This document shows, piece after piece, positions 47,585-58,340 of a DNA stretch of 64,000 bases. The stretch covers positions 256,001 through 320,000 of the forward strand of contig CAVWVQ010000001.1 of NCBI GenBank assembly GCA_963758525.1. The letters run 5' to 3'. This DNA is from an uncultured Phycisphaerales bacterium (GTDB lineage Bacteria; Planctomycetota; Phycisphaerae; Tepidisphaerales; Tepidisphaeraceae). The translations under genes were made by a program, and so were the position numbers. How positions within the stretch are numbered: position 1 is the first letter of the stretch; the number at the start of each line of letters is the position of its first letter. The notes beneath the pieces are model-generated. The model saw only the letters and a program-made list of their open reading frames with translations, searched no databases and was not told the DNA's origin.

Positions 47585-48175
47585 ATGCAAATGAACGCGA
47601 CAAAAGTAAAAGACGTGCTGACCACGGGCGAAGTTGCAAAGATTTGCAACGTCGCGCCCCGGACGGTCAGCAAGTGGTTCGACTCGGGCGCCCTGCATGG
47701 ATACCGGATTCCCGGCAGCAAGGACCGCCGGATCCCGCTCAACCAGCTCATCCGCTTCATGAAGCAGCATGGAATGCCGCTCAACGGACTGATGACCGGC
47801 TGCACGCGAGTCATGATCGTCGACGACGAGCAGGACATCGTGGAAGTGCTCGAAAAGATCCTTGAGGACGAAGCGAAATACGAAGTCGAAGTCGCCTGCG
47901 GCGGATTCGCGGCCGGCGTGACCGCCGAGAAGTTCCGCCCGCATGTGATTCTGCTCGACATGCACCTCTCCGACATCGACGCGCCTGAAGTTGCCCGGCA
48001 GGTGAAGAAGAACGCGGATTTGCAGCTCACGAAAGTGATCGCGATGAGCGGGAAGCTCACCGAGCAGGAAGCACAGGGCCTTCTGCAGGGCGGGTTTGAC
48101 GGATTCCTCCGCAAACCATTCCACGTTCGCCAGGTGATCGAGGCGATCGAAGACGCCACGGCGGTCGTTTACTAA
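47585..48175 (+). CDS. Response regulator with N-terminal excisionase-type HTH
   Basis: LTTGEVAKICNVAPRTVSKWFDSG plus REC domain (IVDDE, LLD, KPF). Confidence 0.92.
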   Translation: MQMNATKVKDVLTTGEVAKICNVAPRTVSKWFDSGALHGYRIPGSKDRRIPLNQLIRFMKQHGMPLNGLMTGCTRVMIVDDEQDIVEVLEKILEDEAKYEVEVACGGFAAGVTAEKFRPHVILLDMHLSDIDAPEVARQVKKNADLQLTKVIAMSGKLTEQEAQGLLQGGFDGFLRKPFHVRQVIEAIEDATAVVY

Positions 48176-48208
48176 GCTTTACGAAAATCTCGACGCAAGG
48201 ATGCGCCA

Positions 48209-48240
48209 AGGGTCGTCTCGGAGGGGACGACCCTTTTTTT
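48209..48240 (+). terminator. Rho-independent terminator
   Basis: agggtcgtc...gacgaccc followed by a T-tract, between convergent genes. Confidence 0.8.
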
Positions 48241-48241
48241 G

Positions 48242-49000
48242 TTACTGGGGATTGGTGGTCGGCTGAAAATCCTCGCCGGGCGACGCATCCGAAGGAGAAG
48301 ATGACGGCGAGACGATCCCGCCATTGCGACGCGGCCGATTCTCCCTGCCCCAGTTTTCCGGGCCGTGTTGAATGACTTCCTGAAGCTGCTGACTGATCAC
48401 CGTCTCGCGATTATGCTCGTCGGCGTCCCGCTTGGATTGGAGTTCCGCGGCCCAGGTTTTCATGCGATTGATGCGCGTCTGGCGGTCCTGCTGTACGTTG
48501 TCGAACAGCGCCTGAACCTGCTGCCGCATGGTCGCGCGGAGAGCCGTCTTCTGGCTGCCGCTGGCGGACATGTACTGGCGGTGCAGATCGAACAGGCTGT
48601 CCTCAATGCTCAACCGCTGGAGCTGGACCTGGTAGATCTGGGGAAAATAATCCTGCACTTTGCGCAGCGCCGCGTATCGGCTGTAGATCACCGTCCGCAA
48701 GTGCTGCTTGAGGGGGCCGTCGGGCAGCTCGCTGACCAGCGCCATTCGTTTGGGGCTGTATTGGTTCAGAAATGATGAGGCCAGCTTCCATTCTTCCTCG
48801 GTCGGGCGATGACGGCCGCCGTGGTAAGGCGCATCGGAACCGGCGGGATTAGCCTCCTGAGGAAAATTCGGATCGGAAATGCCCGATGCCGGATCGGCTG
48901 GGTGATCGGGTTGGTCGGCCAATGCGCCAAGCGGCAGCAGGCAGAGAAGCCACGCCGCTCCCCGCAGACCGAATTGACGCGGATGACCAGACTTACTCAT
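48242..49000 (-). CDS. Exported helical hypothetical protein
   Basis: Signal peptide ending ALA-D; overlaps the anti-sigma stop. Confidence 0.7.
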   Translation of the reverse strand: MSKSGHPRQFGLRGAAWLLCLLPLGALADQPDHPADPASGISDPNFPQEANPAGSDAPYHGGRHRPTEEEWKLASSFLNQYSPKRMALVSELPDGPLKQHLRTVIYSRYAALRKVQDYFPQIYQVQLQRLSIEDSLFDLHRQYMSASGSQKTALRATMRQQVQALFDNVQQDRQTRINRMKTWAAELQSKRDADEHNRETVISQQLQEVIQHGPENWGRENRPRRNGGIVSPSSSPSDASPGEDFQPTTNPQ

Positions 49001-49610
49001 TCTTGTCGCTCTCCACGGAAACCTGCGGAGCATCGCCCAACGCAAACAACTGATTGTCTTCCCTCTCGGTGGACGCGCCGAAGGAATTCTCGAGATCCTG
49101 AGCCAACGCAGCATTGTTTTGCTCGGGCTGAGTATCGGGCGGAGAGACTGGGTTTGTGGCGGGGTCAACGACCGGATCGGGGTTGACCGTTCGGACGGCA
49201 AGCGGCTCCAGGCTCTGGTTCCCCACGTTATAGTTGATTACCCAAGTCAGAAACGCCAGGAAAATCGCCGCGGCCGCAATGCCCGGATAGGCCCACCAGG
49301 CCAGGGCAAACCTGTTTCTCGCCGGCTTCGCGTTGCGACGCGCTTCCTCGGCCTGCAGGGCAAGCTGCCTTCGCATCGCCCGGCCCAGGCGGCGCACGAT
49401 CACCGCCTCCGATGTGATCGGCTCGGCTCGATCGAGCGCGGCAACGCGATTCGCAAAGTCCCCGGTCATCTCCCGCAATCGATCCAGCTCGCGCCGCAGG
49501 TTTGCATCGCCGGCGAGCATTTGAGCGACCTCCCCGCGATCCACCGGCGGCAATTCACCCGCCAGGTACATCAGAAGAATGACTTCGTTATTTTCCAGTG
49601 ATTCGAGCAT
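48993..49610 (-). CDS. Putative anti-sigma factor
   Basis: LLMYLAGEL N-terminus, single TM helix, downstream of ECF sigma. Confidence 0.75.
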   Translation of the reverse strand: MLESLENNEVILLMYLAGELPPVDRGEVAQMLAGDANLRRELDRLREMTGDFANRVAALDRAEPITSEAVIVRRLGRAMRRQLALQAEEARRNAKPARNRFALAWWAYPGIAAAAIFLAFLTWVINYNVGNQSLEPLAVRTVNPDPVVDPATNPVSPPDTQPEQNNAALAQDLENSFGASTEREDNQLFALGDAPQVSVESDKNE

Positions 49611-49622
49611 TGAGTCTTCCGA

Positions 49623-50243
49623 TCAAGCATCCATCAGTTGCTTCAGCTTGATCATTGCCTTGTGAACGCGTCCCAGCGCGGTGTTTAAGGGGCAACCAAG
49701 TATTTTCGCAATTTCGACAAACTTCAACTCGCTGTAATACCGCAACATCACAACCTGGCGTTGGTTTTCCGGAAGCTGCGATATCGCCCAGCGCAGCTTT
49801 TGTTCCTGCTCACTTCCTTCCAGTCGATGATCCGAGGCCGGGAATTCATCATCTGTTACCAGACGCAATCCATCTCTGGCATTTTTTTCCCTGCCGCGCG
49901 AACGCCAGAAGTCGTTCGCCTTGTTGGTCGCGATCCGGAACAGCCACGACTTGAAGCCGCCTCCGGAAAGCGACGGGTCAAATTTGTCAGCATGGTCCAA
50001 AACACTCAGCCACGTCTGTTGCAGCAGCTCATCGCCAGCCTGACTGCCTGTCAGTCGCTGCAAATACCGCAGCAGCGGCTGGTAATATCGCTTCACCAGC
50101 GCGTCCCCGGCGGCGGCGTCGCCGTTGCGAAGCCGCTGAAACAACGCCTCGTCGGTGACGACATCCGGCGAGGCGGTTTGGGACACAACCGGCAAGGGCA
50201 TCGAATTTGGTCCAGCCGTCCCACTCATAACGCTCTGCAGCAC
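49623..50243 (-). CDS. ECF RNA polymerase sigma factor
   Basis: FKSWLFRIATNK and LPENQRQVVMLRYY...EIAKILG motifs. Confidence 0.93.
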   Translation of the reverse strand: MLQSVMSGTAGPNSMPLPVVSQTASPDVVTDEALFQRLRNGDAAAGDALVKRYYQPLLRYLQRLTGSQAGDELLQQTWLSVLDHADKFDPSLSGGGFKSWLFRIATNKANDFWRSRGREKNARDGLRLVTDDEFPASDHRLEGSEQEQKLRWAISQLPENQRQVVMLRYYSELKFVEIAKILGCPLNTALGRVHKAMIKLKQLMDA

Positions 50244-50428
50244 CGATTATTTCGCCCGATTCAACGCTTTTCGTCTGAAACGTGGGTTTCATGTCCCCGC
50301 GGGACTACACCAGAGTAGAGGGATCGCCAGCTTGCGACAAATAACGGTGCACACGATCAAACCGCCAGGGTCAGCCTCTCCTCCGCTGCGACCCGTCGCG
50401 GCTCACCCCGACTAACCCTCGGCTAACC

Positions 50429-51905
50429 TCAGAATGACCTCGAATCACGATGCTGCGGATGTCCGCGCCTCAGCATCTCGTCAAACGCGCTACCAACTGT
50501 ATTGATCACCTGCCTCCAATCCCCCGGTTGCTTCTGGCGGAACAACCGCATCGTCGGATACCACGGCGAATCCTCCCGACGCTCCATCCATCGAAAATCC
50601 GCCACCGATGCCAGCAGCACCCACACGGGTTTTCCTATCGCTGCCGCCAAATGTGCGATGGCCGTGTCCACGCAAATCACCAGATCGAGCGAGGCAACGA
50701 TCCGCGCGGTATCGGCAAAATCCCGAATCTGATCGCTCATGTCGATCAGCTTCAACCCTTGCGGCGCCCTGCCCGTTTCGGCAGCCGCCTCTCCAAGCTG
50801 CAGACTGAAGAACGTGACGTCCTCGCGCAAGCGGTGCAAGCTGCCGAAGCGCGATCGAGCGATTTCGATCGCGCGCGTGCGCGGTCGATCCCGACCACGC
50901 CAACCCGACCCTCATCCCTGCTTCCTTCAACTCGCGCGGCTCCGCTGCCAGATAGGGCACACGGCGCGCAATGTCCGTCTCCGATCGCAGTTTCAACGCA
51001 AAGGGCAGACTCATCATCGGCAGATGCACATCGAAATTTTCGTCCGCGTCGACCGTTCCCCCCACCACTTTCATCCGGCTCGACTGCGCTGCGCTGTGCG
51101 CCAGGCGCATCAGCGGCTCAGGGCACTCCACGATCACTTGGCCGACCTTTTCGACGACAGCCGGCACGAATCGAAGCATCTGAAGAGTGTCCCCAAAACC
51201 CTGCTCGGCATGCAACAGGATCGTTTTGCCGCGCAACTCTGATCCATCCCACTGCGGCTGTGCGAATTGCCGCCTTCGATTGCGAAACGTTTCGCAACGC
51301 CAGCGCCATTCATATTCACGATATCCTTCCTCCAGATCTCCGCGCTGGAGCAGCGCGTGAGACAGATTCCCGTGAGCTTCCGCGAAGTTGGGATCGAGCG
51401 CGATCGCCGCGCGGAATTCGGAAATTGCCTCATCAGTCATTCCCTTCGACCGCAGGACGTCGCCAAGGCTGTTGTGCGCCTCTGGAACTCCCGGCCGCAG
51501 GGAGACCGCACGTCGGCAGCAGTTCACCGCCTCGTCGATTTCTCCCGCCGCGACCAGCGCGTGTCCCAGGTTGATCCACGCTTCGGGAAAGTCCGCCAGC
51601 AGTTCCACCGCCCGGCGATAACAGGTGATCGCCTCCACGATCTCACCGCGCGCCTGCAGCGCGTCGCCCAGATGCCCGTAAGCCTCGGGAAACCGCGGCC
51701 GCTGCGCGATCGCCTTTCGCAGCAGCGGGATCGCATCGCCATGCCCGACCTGCACCGCCAGAACTCCCAGCAGATGCAGCGCGTCCGCATCGTTGGGATG
51801 CAGCGAGAGCACCTGCCGATAAATGGCCTCCGCCTGCGGCAGTTCCCCCGCCCGATGATGCGCCTCCGCTGTCTCCAGTGCCTGATGAATAGTCGTGTCG
51901 TCCAT
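50429..51905 (-). CDS. TPR-repeat glycosyltransferase family 9-like protein (frameshift ~50835)
   Basis: TPR repeats, EQGFGD, VGLAWSGS, LDLVICVDTAIAHLA and SPWYPTMRLFRQ motifs. Confidence 0.9.
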
Positions 51906-52304
51906 GCGCTTCCCGGTGCCATGAGCTTACCACGATGCCACCCGCGGGAGGTCTACATCGGCCGGCCTTCTCATTTTCCCCGCGGAACAAATGCCGATCC
52001 GCGCGTATCCTGCCCTTCCCACTCCGGCGTGCTCCGCCAAGCGAACATGACAGCCCCCAACTGTCTTCCTTGCTTCCGTCGCTCTCCTTTACCGCTCATG
52101 CGACATCGCGCGACAGATTTTGCAGCGCCGCATGTCGCATCCGCCGCGCAACTGCTTGCCCTGCCGCGGGATGCTCTCCAGCCTGGCGCGACGCCGCGCG
52201 CAACAGTTGCGCGCCTTTGCTGAAAACGGGGTATCCCCGCACGCTCGCCGCGTACGACGCGCCTCCTTCGCCGCCCTCCAGCCGCGCCAGCCCAAAAGAG
52301 TGAT

Positions 52305-52431
52305 TGCCACGAAACAACACAAACGACACAAAAAAAGAGAGCCTGGGGACGAGAGCAGCTTCCGGTTTCACTCTCTGCTATTGCGCGTCGCCTCTCTCTT
52401 CCCCTTTTTGTGTTTTTGTGTTTTTTGTGGC
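52305..52431. repeat. Inverted ACACAAA-type repeat pair
   Basis: gccacgaaacaacacaaacgacacaaaa / ttttgtgtttttgtgttttttgtggc. Confidence 0.7.
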
Positions 52432-52719
52432 CATTCGCTCATTGATTTCAATGCGCTCGGCCATAGTCTCCGCGGATTGCCAATCGGTGTGCGACTTGCT
52501 GCTGCACCTGCGCCTGTCCCCGCAGATCTGTTGTGATTGCGTCACGGTATCCTTTTCGCTCGCCCCCGTGCGACATTAATTGGCTCCGGTTTCTCCTCTG
52601 CCAACGATTCCGTCTGTTCCAAAGCCGTAGGGTCCGCTCGGCGGCTCTTGGGTACGCCTCGAATCGATGACAGCGTCGAGCCGCCGTGCGGACCATTCCT
52701 CGACTTCCGCGAGAATCCT

Positions 52720-53194
52720 CGCCGGTCGCTGCAGCAGATGGGACGCCGCGCTTATCCGCACGCGAAGGAACTGCTGATCACCGCCGATTCCGGCGGCAGC
52801 AACGGCTCCCGCGTGCATCTGTGGAAATGGCGCCTGCAAAAACTGGCCGATGAGACCGGGCTGCGCATCTCAGTCTGCCACTTCCCGCCCGGGACCAGCA
52901 AGTGGAACAAGATCGAGCACCAGATGTTCTGCCACATCGCCGAAAACTGGCGCGGCCGGCCGCTGGTCAGCCGCGGCGTGATCGTGAACCTGATTGGTCA
53001 TACGACCACGCGGCAGGGACTGCGCGTCAAGGCGGCGCTGGACAAAGCCAGCTACAAACAGAAAATCAAGGTATCCGACGAGCAGATCGCGTCGCTCCGA
53101 TTGACCAGAGACGCCTTTCATGGAGACTGGAACTACAGTCTGGCTCCGCGTGAGTCAACATAGTAATTGTTCAAGTTATTTTGTTACGGTGCCT
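52720..53194 (+). mobile_element. ISAzo13-family IS, 3' remnant
   Basis: LLITADSGGSNG, HFPPGTSKWNKIEH and FHGDWNY motifs; 5' part missing. Confidence 0.88.
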
Positions 53195-53212
53195 TAATCG
53201 TGGAGGTCGAAT

Positions 53213-53542
53213 TTGCTCAGGCTTATGGCGAAAATGTTTCTAAGGCCTTCTGTCATCCTTTTTATACTTCTCTATGCGCGACTGCCTCGAGGCTTTTATG
53301 ATACCGACATAGCTACACCATACAGTTGCGCAGTTTTTGCTGGATTGTGCGTTATTGCGCTTCTATGGTTTGTGGAGATATATCTTTTAATCGCGGTATA
53401 CTGTGATGAGCGCGCTGGAAGACGGAGCCCGTTAGCCTGCAAAAAATGCGGTTACGATTTACGGGAAAGCCTTTCTTACTGCCCAGAATGTGGTGAACCG
53501 AGCACGCTGCGCCCGTCAATGCGGCATCGACCTCGTTCCTAG
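53213..53542 (+). CDS. Small membrane protein with CxxCGYDL-CPECG zinc finger
   Basis: Two TM helices then CKKCGYDLRES..CPECG; AT-rich. Confidence 0.7.
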   Translation: MLRLMAKMFLRPSVILFILLYARLPRGFYDTDIATPYSCAVFAGLCVIALLWFVEIYLLIAVYCDERAGRRSPLACKKCGYDLRESLSYCPECGEPSTLRPSMRHRPRS

Positions 53543-54462
53543 GCTCTGTCTGACGGATCGAGAACCCTCAGGTATTTCAGCATGATAGCGAGTTTGGCGA
53601 AGCTCAAGAAGTTAAGAGCCAGCTTCTCATAGCGTGTTCCCAGCCGACGACATTCCTTGAGCCATCCGATAGCACACTCGATGCGGCTTCGTTTGCGGTA
53701 GCTGCTTTTATCGAATCGCTCGCCCTTTGGTCGTGGCTGATTGGATTTGCGCGGGATGACGGCTTCGATCCCGCAATCGGCCAGGAACTGGCGAACGGTT
53801 TCGTAGCTGTACCCTTTGTCGCCCGCGATCTTCCCCGGCCAGCCGATGTGCAGGGGCGCTGCACCGCGTGCATCACCTTGTGGAGCTGCGTGGATTCGTG
53901 CGTTTGCCCCGCGGTAACGGTGACGGCGAGCACAAGGCCCTTTCCGTCAGTAACCACGTGGAACTTTGATCCCCATCCGCCGCGCGAGCGGCCCAGCGCG
54001 TGGTCGGCCGGTTCGAAGTCGAGGCCGCGCCCCCTTTGCGCGCCCCGGCGGCAGCGCGAGAAGCACGCACATTGGAGCCGTCGACGAGCCAGAGATCCCA
54101 ATCGATCTTGCCCTCCTTGTTGAGTCGAATCCGCAGTGCTTTGAGGATGCGATCGAAGAAGCCTTCGCGCCGCCAGCGGTTGAAGCGATCATAGACGCTC
54201 TTCCATTTCCCGTAGCGTTCGGGCATGTCTCGCCATGGAGCTCCGGAGCGAAGAATCCAGAGCATCCCATTGAGCGTGATGCGGTGGTCGTTCCATCGTC
54301 CGCCACGTTTTTGTACGGGGAAAAGTGCCTTGATCAGGTTCCAGTGATCATCCGTGAGTTCGTAGTGCGCCATCTGTCCTCCATGTGGAGAACATCATGA
54401 CGATCATAGAAGAACGCGCAATACCTAACGAGCGCCGAACATTCGATCCGTCAGACAGAGCC
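53542..54462 (-). mobile_element. IS5-family element (two-ORF type, extra frameshifts)
   Basis: 20-bp perfect TIR GGCTCTGTCTGACGGATCGA with TA flanks; LTDDHW, GAPWRDMPERYG, LGRSRGG and GDKGY motifs. Confidence 0.92.
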
Positions 54463-54464
54463 TA

Positions 54465-55694
54465 GTGGCCCCGCTACGAAGTCGTGCAAGAAATTGAGGC
54501 CACGTGTTCGGCGTACCATCGTCTCATCCGCTCGTTGGTCCAGGTCCACTGGAACGGATGAGCATACCGCCGATTGTACTCGTCGGACGCGGCAGTTACA
54601 TGGTCGATGAAATGCTGGCGATCTTCCCAGGAGCCGCGGCGAAGGTAGTGCAAGCCGAAGTTGTCGACCAGCAACTCCGCTTGGTTGAGCCATGAGGCGT
54701 GAGCGGGGGTAAAGCGGGGCCGCCACCAGTGATGACACTGGGCCCAATACGCGGCGGTCTCGCCCGAGGTATGACTGGGATCTCCGTCCTGAATCAAGAA
54801 CACTCCGTGAAGACCGCGATGGCGGCTGCGGAACCTTCGCAGTTGTTCGATGTAATGTTCGGCATCCTTCTTTGCCACCACGGCGGACTCCATCCGTCCG
54901 CTATGGAGGATCAGGAACAGGAGCAGATTGACGGTCCCATGCCGGGTGTACTCAAACTCCTGCTGCTCAATCGAGCCGGGAATGGCTGGCCGGATCGGCT
55001 TTCGTTCCAGGACCTGGTGGTTGGGGACTTCGTCAACCGCGACGGTCCAGACGCCCAGGTGGGCCAAATGGGCCGCTTGGGCATAGCACCAGAGCACTTT
55101 TTCCGCACGCTGCTTAAACAATGGATCGAGTCGGGCGGTTCGCCAGTACCGGGTGCGATGCGGTTGCAAGTTCACGTCCTGCAGGATTCGCCGGACCATA
55201 CTGGGGCTGATGGTGTCGACGATTCCGTCGACGACGGCCTGATGAGCCAGGTCGGCGCTGGTCCAATGAGTCATGTGCAACCCCTCGGCAATCGGCTCCA
55301 GGCAGGCCAACTCGACAATCCGCGCCCTTTGGAGGGGGGAAAGCTGCTGGGGCCGGCCCGAGCGAGGCTGGTCCGCCAACAGTTGATCAATGCCGCTGCG
55401 CTCATACCGCCGGCAGAGTCGCCAGATGGTTGAAGGGTCGCAATGGAGGTCGGATGCGATGGTCGCAATGCATTGGCCGCCCGCGACTGCCAGGACCGCG
55501 CGGGCATGCTGCACTTGGAAGAAAGGCCGGCTCCGACTTCGGGAAACGCACTCGAGTGCCCGAACATCGTCTGCGGAAAGAATCAGCGGACAAGGCCTTC
55601 GACCGCGCATGGAAAATCCTCCGTGAATAACAAAAAGAATCCATTTACTATCTTAGCACTGCTAATTTCTTGCAGGACTTCGTAGCAGGGCCAC
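54465..55694 (-). mobile_element. IS630-family element (transposase 54474-55610)
   Basis: ~31-bp TIR GTGGCCC(C/T)GCTACGAAGTC(G/C)TGCAAGAAATT with TA TSD; EYTRHGT and TPAHASWLNQAE motifs. Confidence 0.93.
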
Positions 55695-55713
55695 TAGGAA
55701 ACTTCTAACGGGA

Positions 55714-56102
55714 TTGCGCCAAGTTAAGCTCGCGAGAGGAGGATGTCATGCAAAGCTGAAGCATTACTGAAACCTCTCTGTAGAACCTTGCGGGTGCGAA
55801 ACCCGTCCGGCACAGCCTAGCCAGCAGCCGGTAGCGAGTCTTGCGTGGGGCGCGGGCAACTGCGTGCTGCGAAGCGTAGACAGCGAGTCGTCAAGCCATG
55901 CGATTGAGCCCCGAAAGGACAGTTGAAGAAGCCACGGCCGTTCCCGTATCCGTGGCCGCGCCGGATGGAGCGCCAGAGGCGGGTTCCGCCCGATTCTTCC
56001 GGGGTCGTTGGAGCATGTGCATAGCGACGGAGGGTTCTGCGAGAACTTGGGAGATCCTGTCACCTCCACGGAATAAATGGCGGCGTGTGCAGCAGGCAGC
56101 AG
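55714..56102 (+). ncRNA. Group II intron 5' fragment (domain I; IIB-like), truncated, no RT in window
   Basis: TTGCG 5' end; AGCGTAGACAG, ATTGAGCCCCGAAA and GAACTTGGGAGATCCT motifs; EBS1 TCCCGT (55942-55947) in the loop of stem GCCACGG/CCGTGGC pairs with exon end ACGGGA (55708-55713). Confidence 0.82.
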
Positions 56103-56797
56103 GAAGGCTGTTAAGGACATCCAACTTTCTTGGCGATGCTCACGTTCTCAATCGCGGCAACGGCCGGCTGGAGATCTTCCGCAAGGCGGGAGACTTCCTG
56201 GCGTTTTGCGATCTGATGGTCGACGCCAAGGAACGGGCGGAGATCGAAGTCTTCGGCTTCTGCCTGATGTCCAACCACTGGCACATGGTGGTGCGGCCGC
56301 GGCGGGATCAGGACCTGGCGAGGTACTTCTCCTGGCTGACCAATACGCACGTGAAGCGGTACCGTGCTCATTACCGTCGGACCAGCGGCCATCTGTATCA
56401 GGGCCGCTACAAGAGCTTCGTTGTCCAGGAAGATGGGCATTTGCTGACACTGCTGCGTTATGTGGAAGCCAATCCATTGCGGGCGAAGATGGTGGAGCGG
56501 GCGCAGGACTGGCACTGGTCGAGCCTGGGCTGCCAGAAAGAGCTGGCGAGACAACTGCTCGACGATTGGCCGATCGACCGCCCGCGGAACTGGACGGCGC
56601 TGGTGAACGAGCCGATGGATCCGGCCGCCGTGAAACGGGTGGCACTTAGCTTCGAGCGTGGCCGGCCGCTGGGAAGCGATCCCTGGACCCTGAAAATGGC
56701 GGGCCGGATGGGGCTGCAGTACACTCTGAATCCGAGAGGCAGGCCGAAGATCCCGGAAAAAGGCAAATAAAACGGTGGATGTCACCTTAACAGCTTC
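56103..56797 (+). mobile_element. HUH/Y1 (RAYT-like) transposase unit 1, 5'-deleted
   Basis: NHWH and RYVEANP motifs; right end GGATGTCACCTTAACAGCTTC; degenerate left end; start region deleted. Confidence 0.88.
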
Positions 56798-57261
56798 CCA
56801 ACAGGCGCCTTCGAGAGTGGGACGCCGATAAAATCGGATTCAGAAACACACTGAGCGGACATTTTAACATCGGTCCGATCTTAACCCATTGGACACTGTT
56901 GGCGTACACCAGCGCCCAAGCGGCGAACTGCGCGGCCCTAGCCGCAGCAATCTGCCCAGATGGCCAAAAGCCGAAGGCGATCGATCTTGCTGCCGTGCCG
57001 GCGCTGTCTGCGGCGATTTACGCCGCTTTTCAGTCGCGTCAAGCATCGTCGTCGCTGCCAAGCATGACGGATTTTGCACTGGCTCCAGACATATACCCCG
57101 GCGGTTCGTCGGGTGAGTCATCTGGCGGGCCGACGGACTGGAATTCCATAGGGGAGGCAGCCGCCACGGGGGCGGTCGGCGCGACAGCAGTCGGTGCAGG
57201 ATTCGCACTGGGGGCCGCGCTTGAGGAAGCGGCCCCCTTCTTGGTGCTCTTGTTGCTGTAG
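56798..57261 (+). pseudogene. Startless C-terminal gene fragment (putative Rhs toxin tip)
   Basis: Frame open from the transposase end; Gly/Ala-rich hydrophobic C-terminus. Confidence 0.5.
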
Positions 57262-57290
57262 CAACACACTTGTGGACGTTTTGTGAGGTC

Positions 57291-58340
57291 GTGGAAATGG
57301 AATTGTCACTCCTGTGGAGGCATTCAACCGGTGGTTGGGTAAATTCCTCACCCGCCGTCGTAGACGGTAAAGTCTTCGTGCAAAGCGACGATGGCAATCT
57401 CTACTGCATATTTCTTTGCAGCGGGAGACTTCATTGGAAAGCGTTCACGGGAAACAAGGGTGGAATGTCTTCACCGGCGGTTGCGGCTGGGCGAGTTTAT
57501 ATCGGAAGTTCGCGGGGGACCCTCGATTGCTTCAGTGCCGATGCTGGAGACCTCCTCTGGAGCTGCACGACGGGCGGTAGTATCGCGTCCTCTCCGTTGA
57601 TCGTTGATAAACGCGCGTATATTGGTTCTGAAGACGGTTACGTCTATTGTGTAGAGGCTGGCACTGGCGCACGCGTCTGGCGGGCGCAGACCGGTGGTGA
57701 GGTGAACTCAAGCCCCGCTAAGGGAAACGGCTGCGTGTTCATCGGCAGCGATGACTACTCTCTGTACTGTCTTTGCGCATACTCCGGTGCCACAATTTGG
57801 GCTCGGCAGTGCAAGTGGTGGGTGACAGCAACGCCTGCCGTTAGTGAAGAACATGTATTTATCACCTCACTTTATGACCTCGAGTGCGTTCGCGCGCTCG
57901 ACGGCACCCTGGTGTGGGGAGCCAAAGCCGAGTGCGAAATTGCCTCTTCGGTCGCGGTGGGCCGGTCACATGTTTATGCGGGTGCCCTTGACGGGCGTTT
58001 CTACGCGTTTGACCGCGTCACCGGAAGAGCCGCTTGGAGGCGCGGGAGCGGACGGCTTGACGACATGATTCAGTCGTCCGCCTCCGTCGCAGGGGGGCAC
58101 GTACTGTATGGAGGCCATGACGGTGCGCTGTACTGCTTAAGCGCGGATGATGGCGCAGTGGAGGCGCAGTATCAAATTGGCGGCGGTATAGTTTCCTCTC
58201 CAGCCATCTCGGGGGATAAGGTTGTCATCGGAAGCGATGACGGGGATGTCTACTGTCTTCAAACAGAGATACAGGCGGCGGAAGATTGGTGCTGCTTTCG
58301 TGGCAACAGCGAAAGAACAGGGCAAGGCCAAAACGAATAG
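57291..58340 (+). CDS. PQQ-like beta-propeller protein (no signal peptide)
   Basis: About 8 repeats of SSPAV...VYIGS.DG.LYCL...G...W. Confidence 0.9.
   Translation: MEMELSLLWRHSTGGWVNSSPAVVDGKVFVQSDDGNLYCIFLCSGRLHWKAFTGNKGGMSSPAVAAGRVYIGSSRGTLDCFSADAGDLLWSCTTGGSIASSPLIVDKRAYIGSEDGYVYCVEAGTGARVWRAQTGGEVNSSPAKGNGCVFIGSDDYSLYCLCAYSGATIWARQCKWWVTATPAVSEEHVFITSLYDLECVRALDGTLVWGAKAECEIASSVAVGRSHVYAGALDGRFYAFDRVTGRAAWRRGSGRLDDMIQSSASVAGGHVLYGGHDGALYCLSADDGAVEAQYQIGGGIVSSPAISGDKVVIGSDDGDVYCLQTEIQAAEDWCCFRGNSERTGQGQNE

Noticed and set aside
52440..52720. Short ORFs upstream of the ISAzo13 remnant
   Set aside because: No consistent frame or recognisable motif
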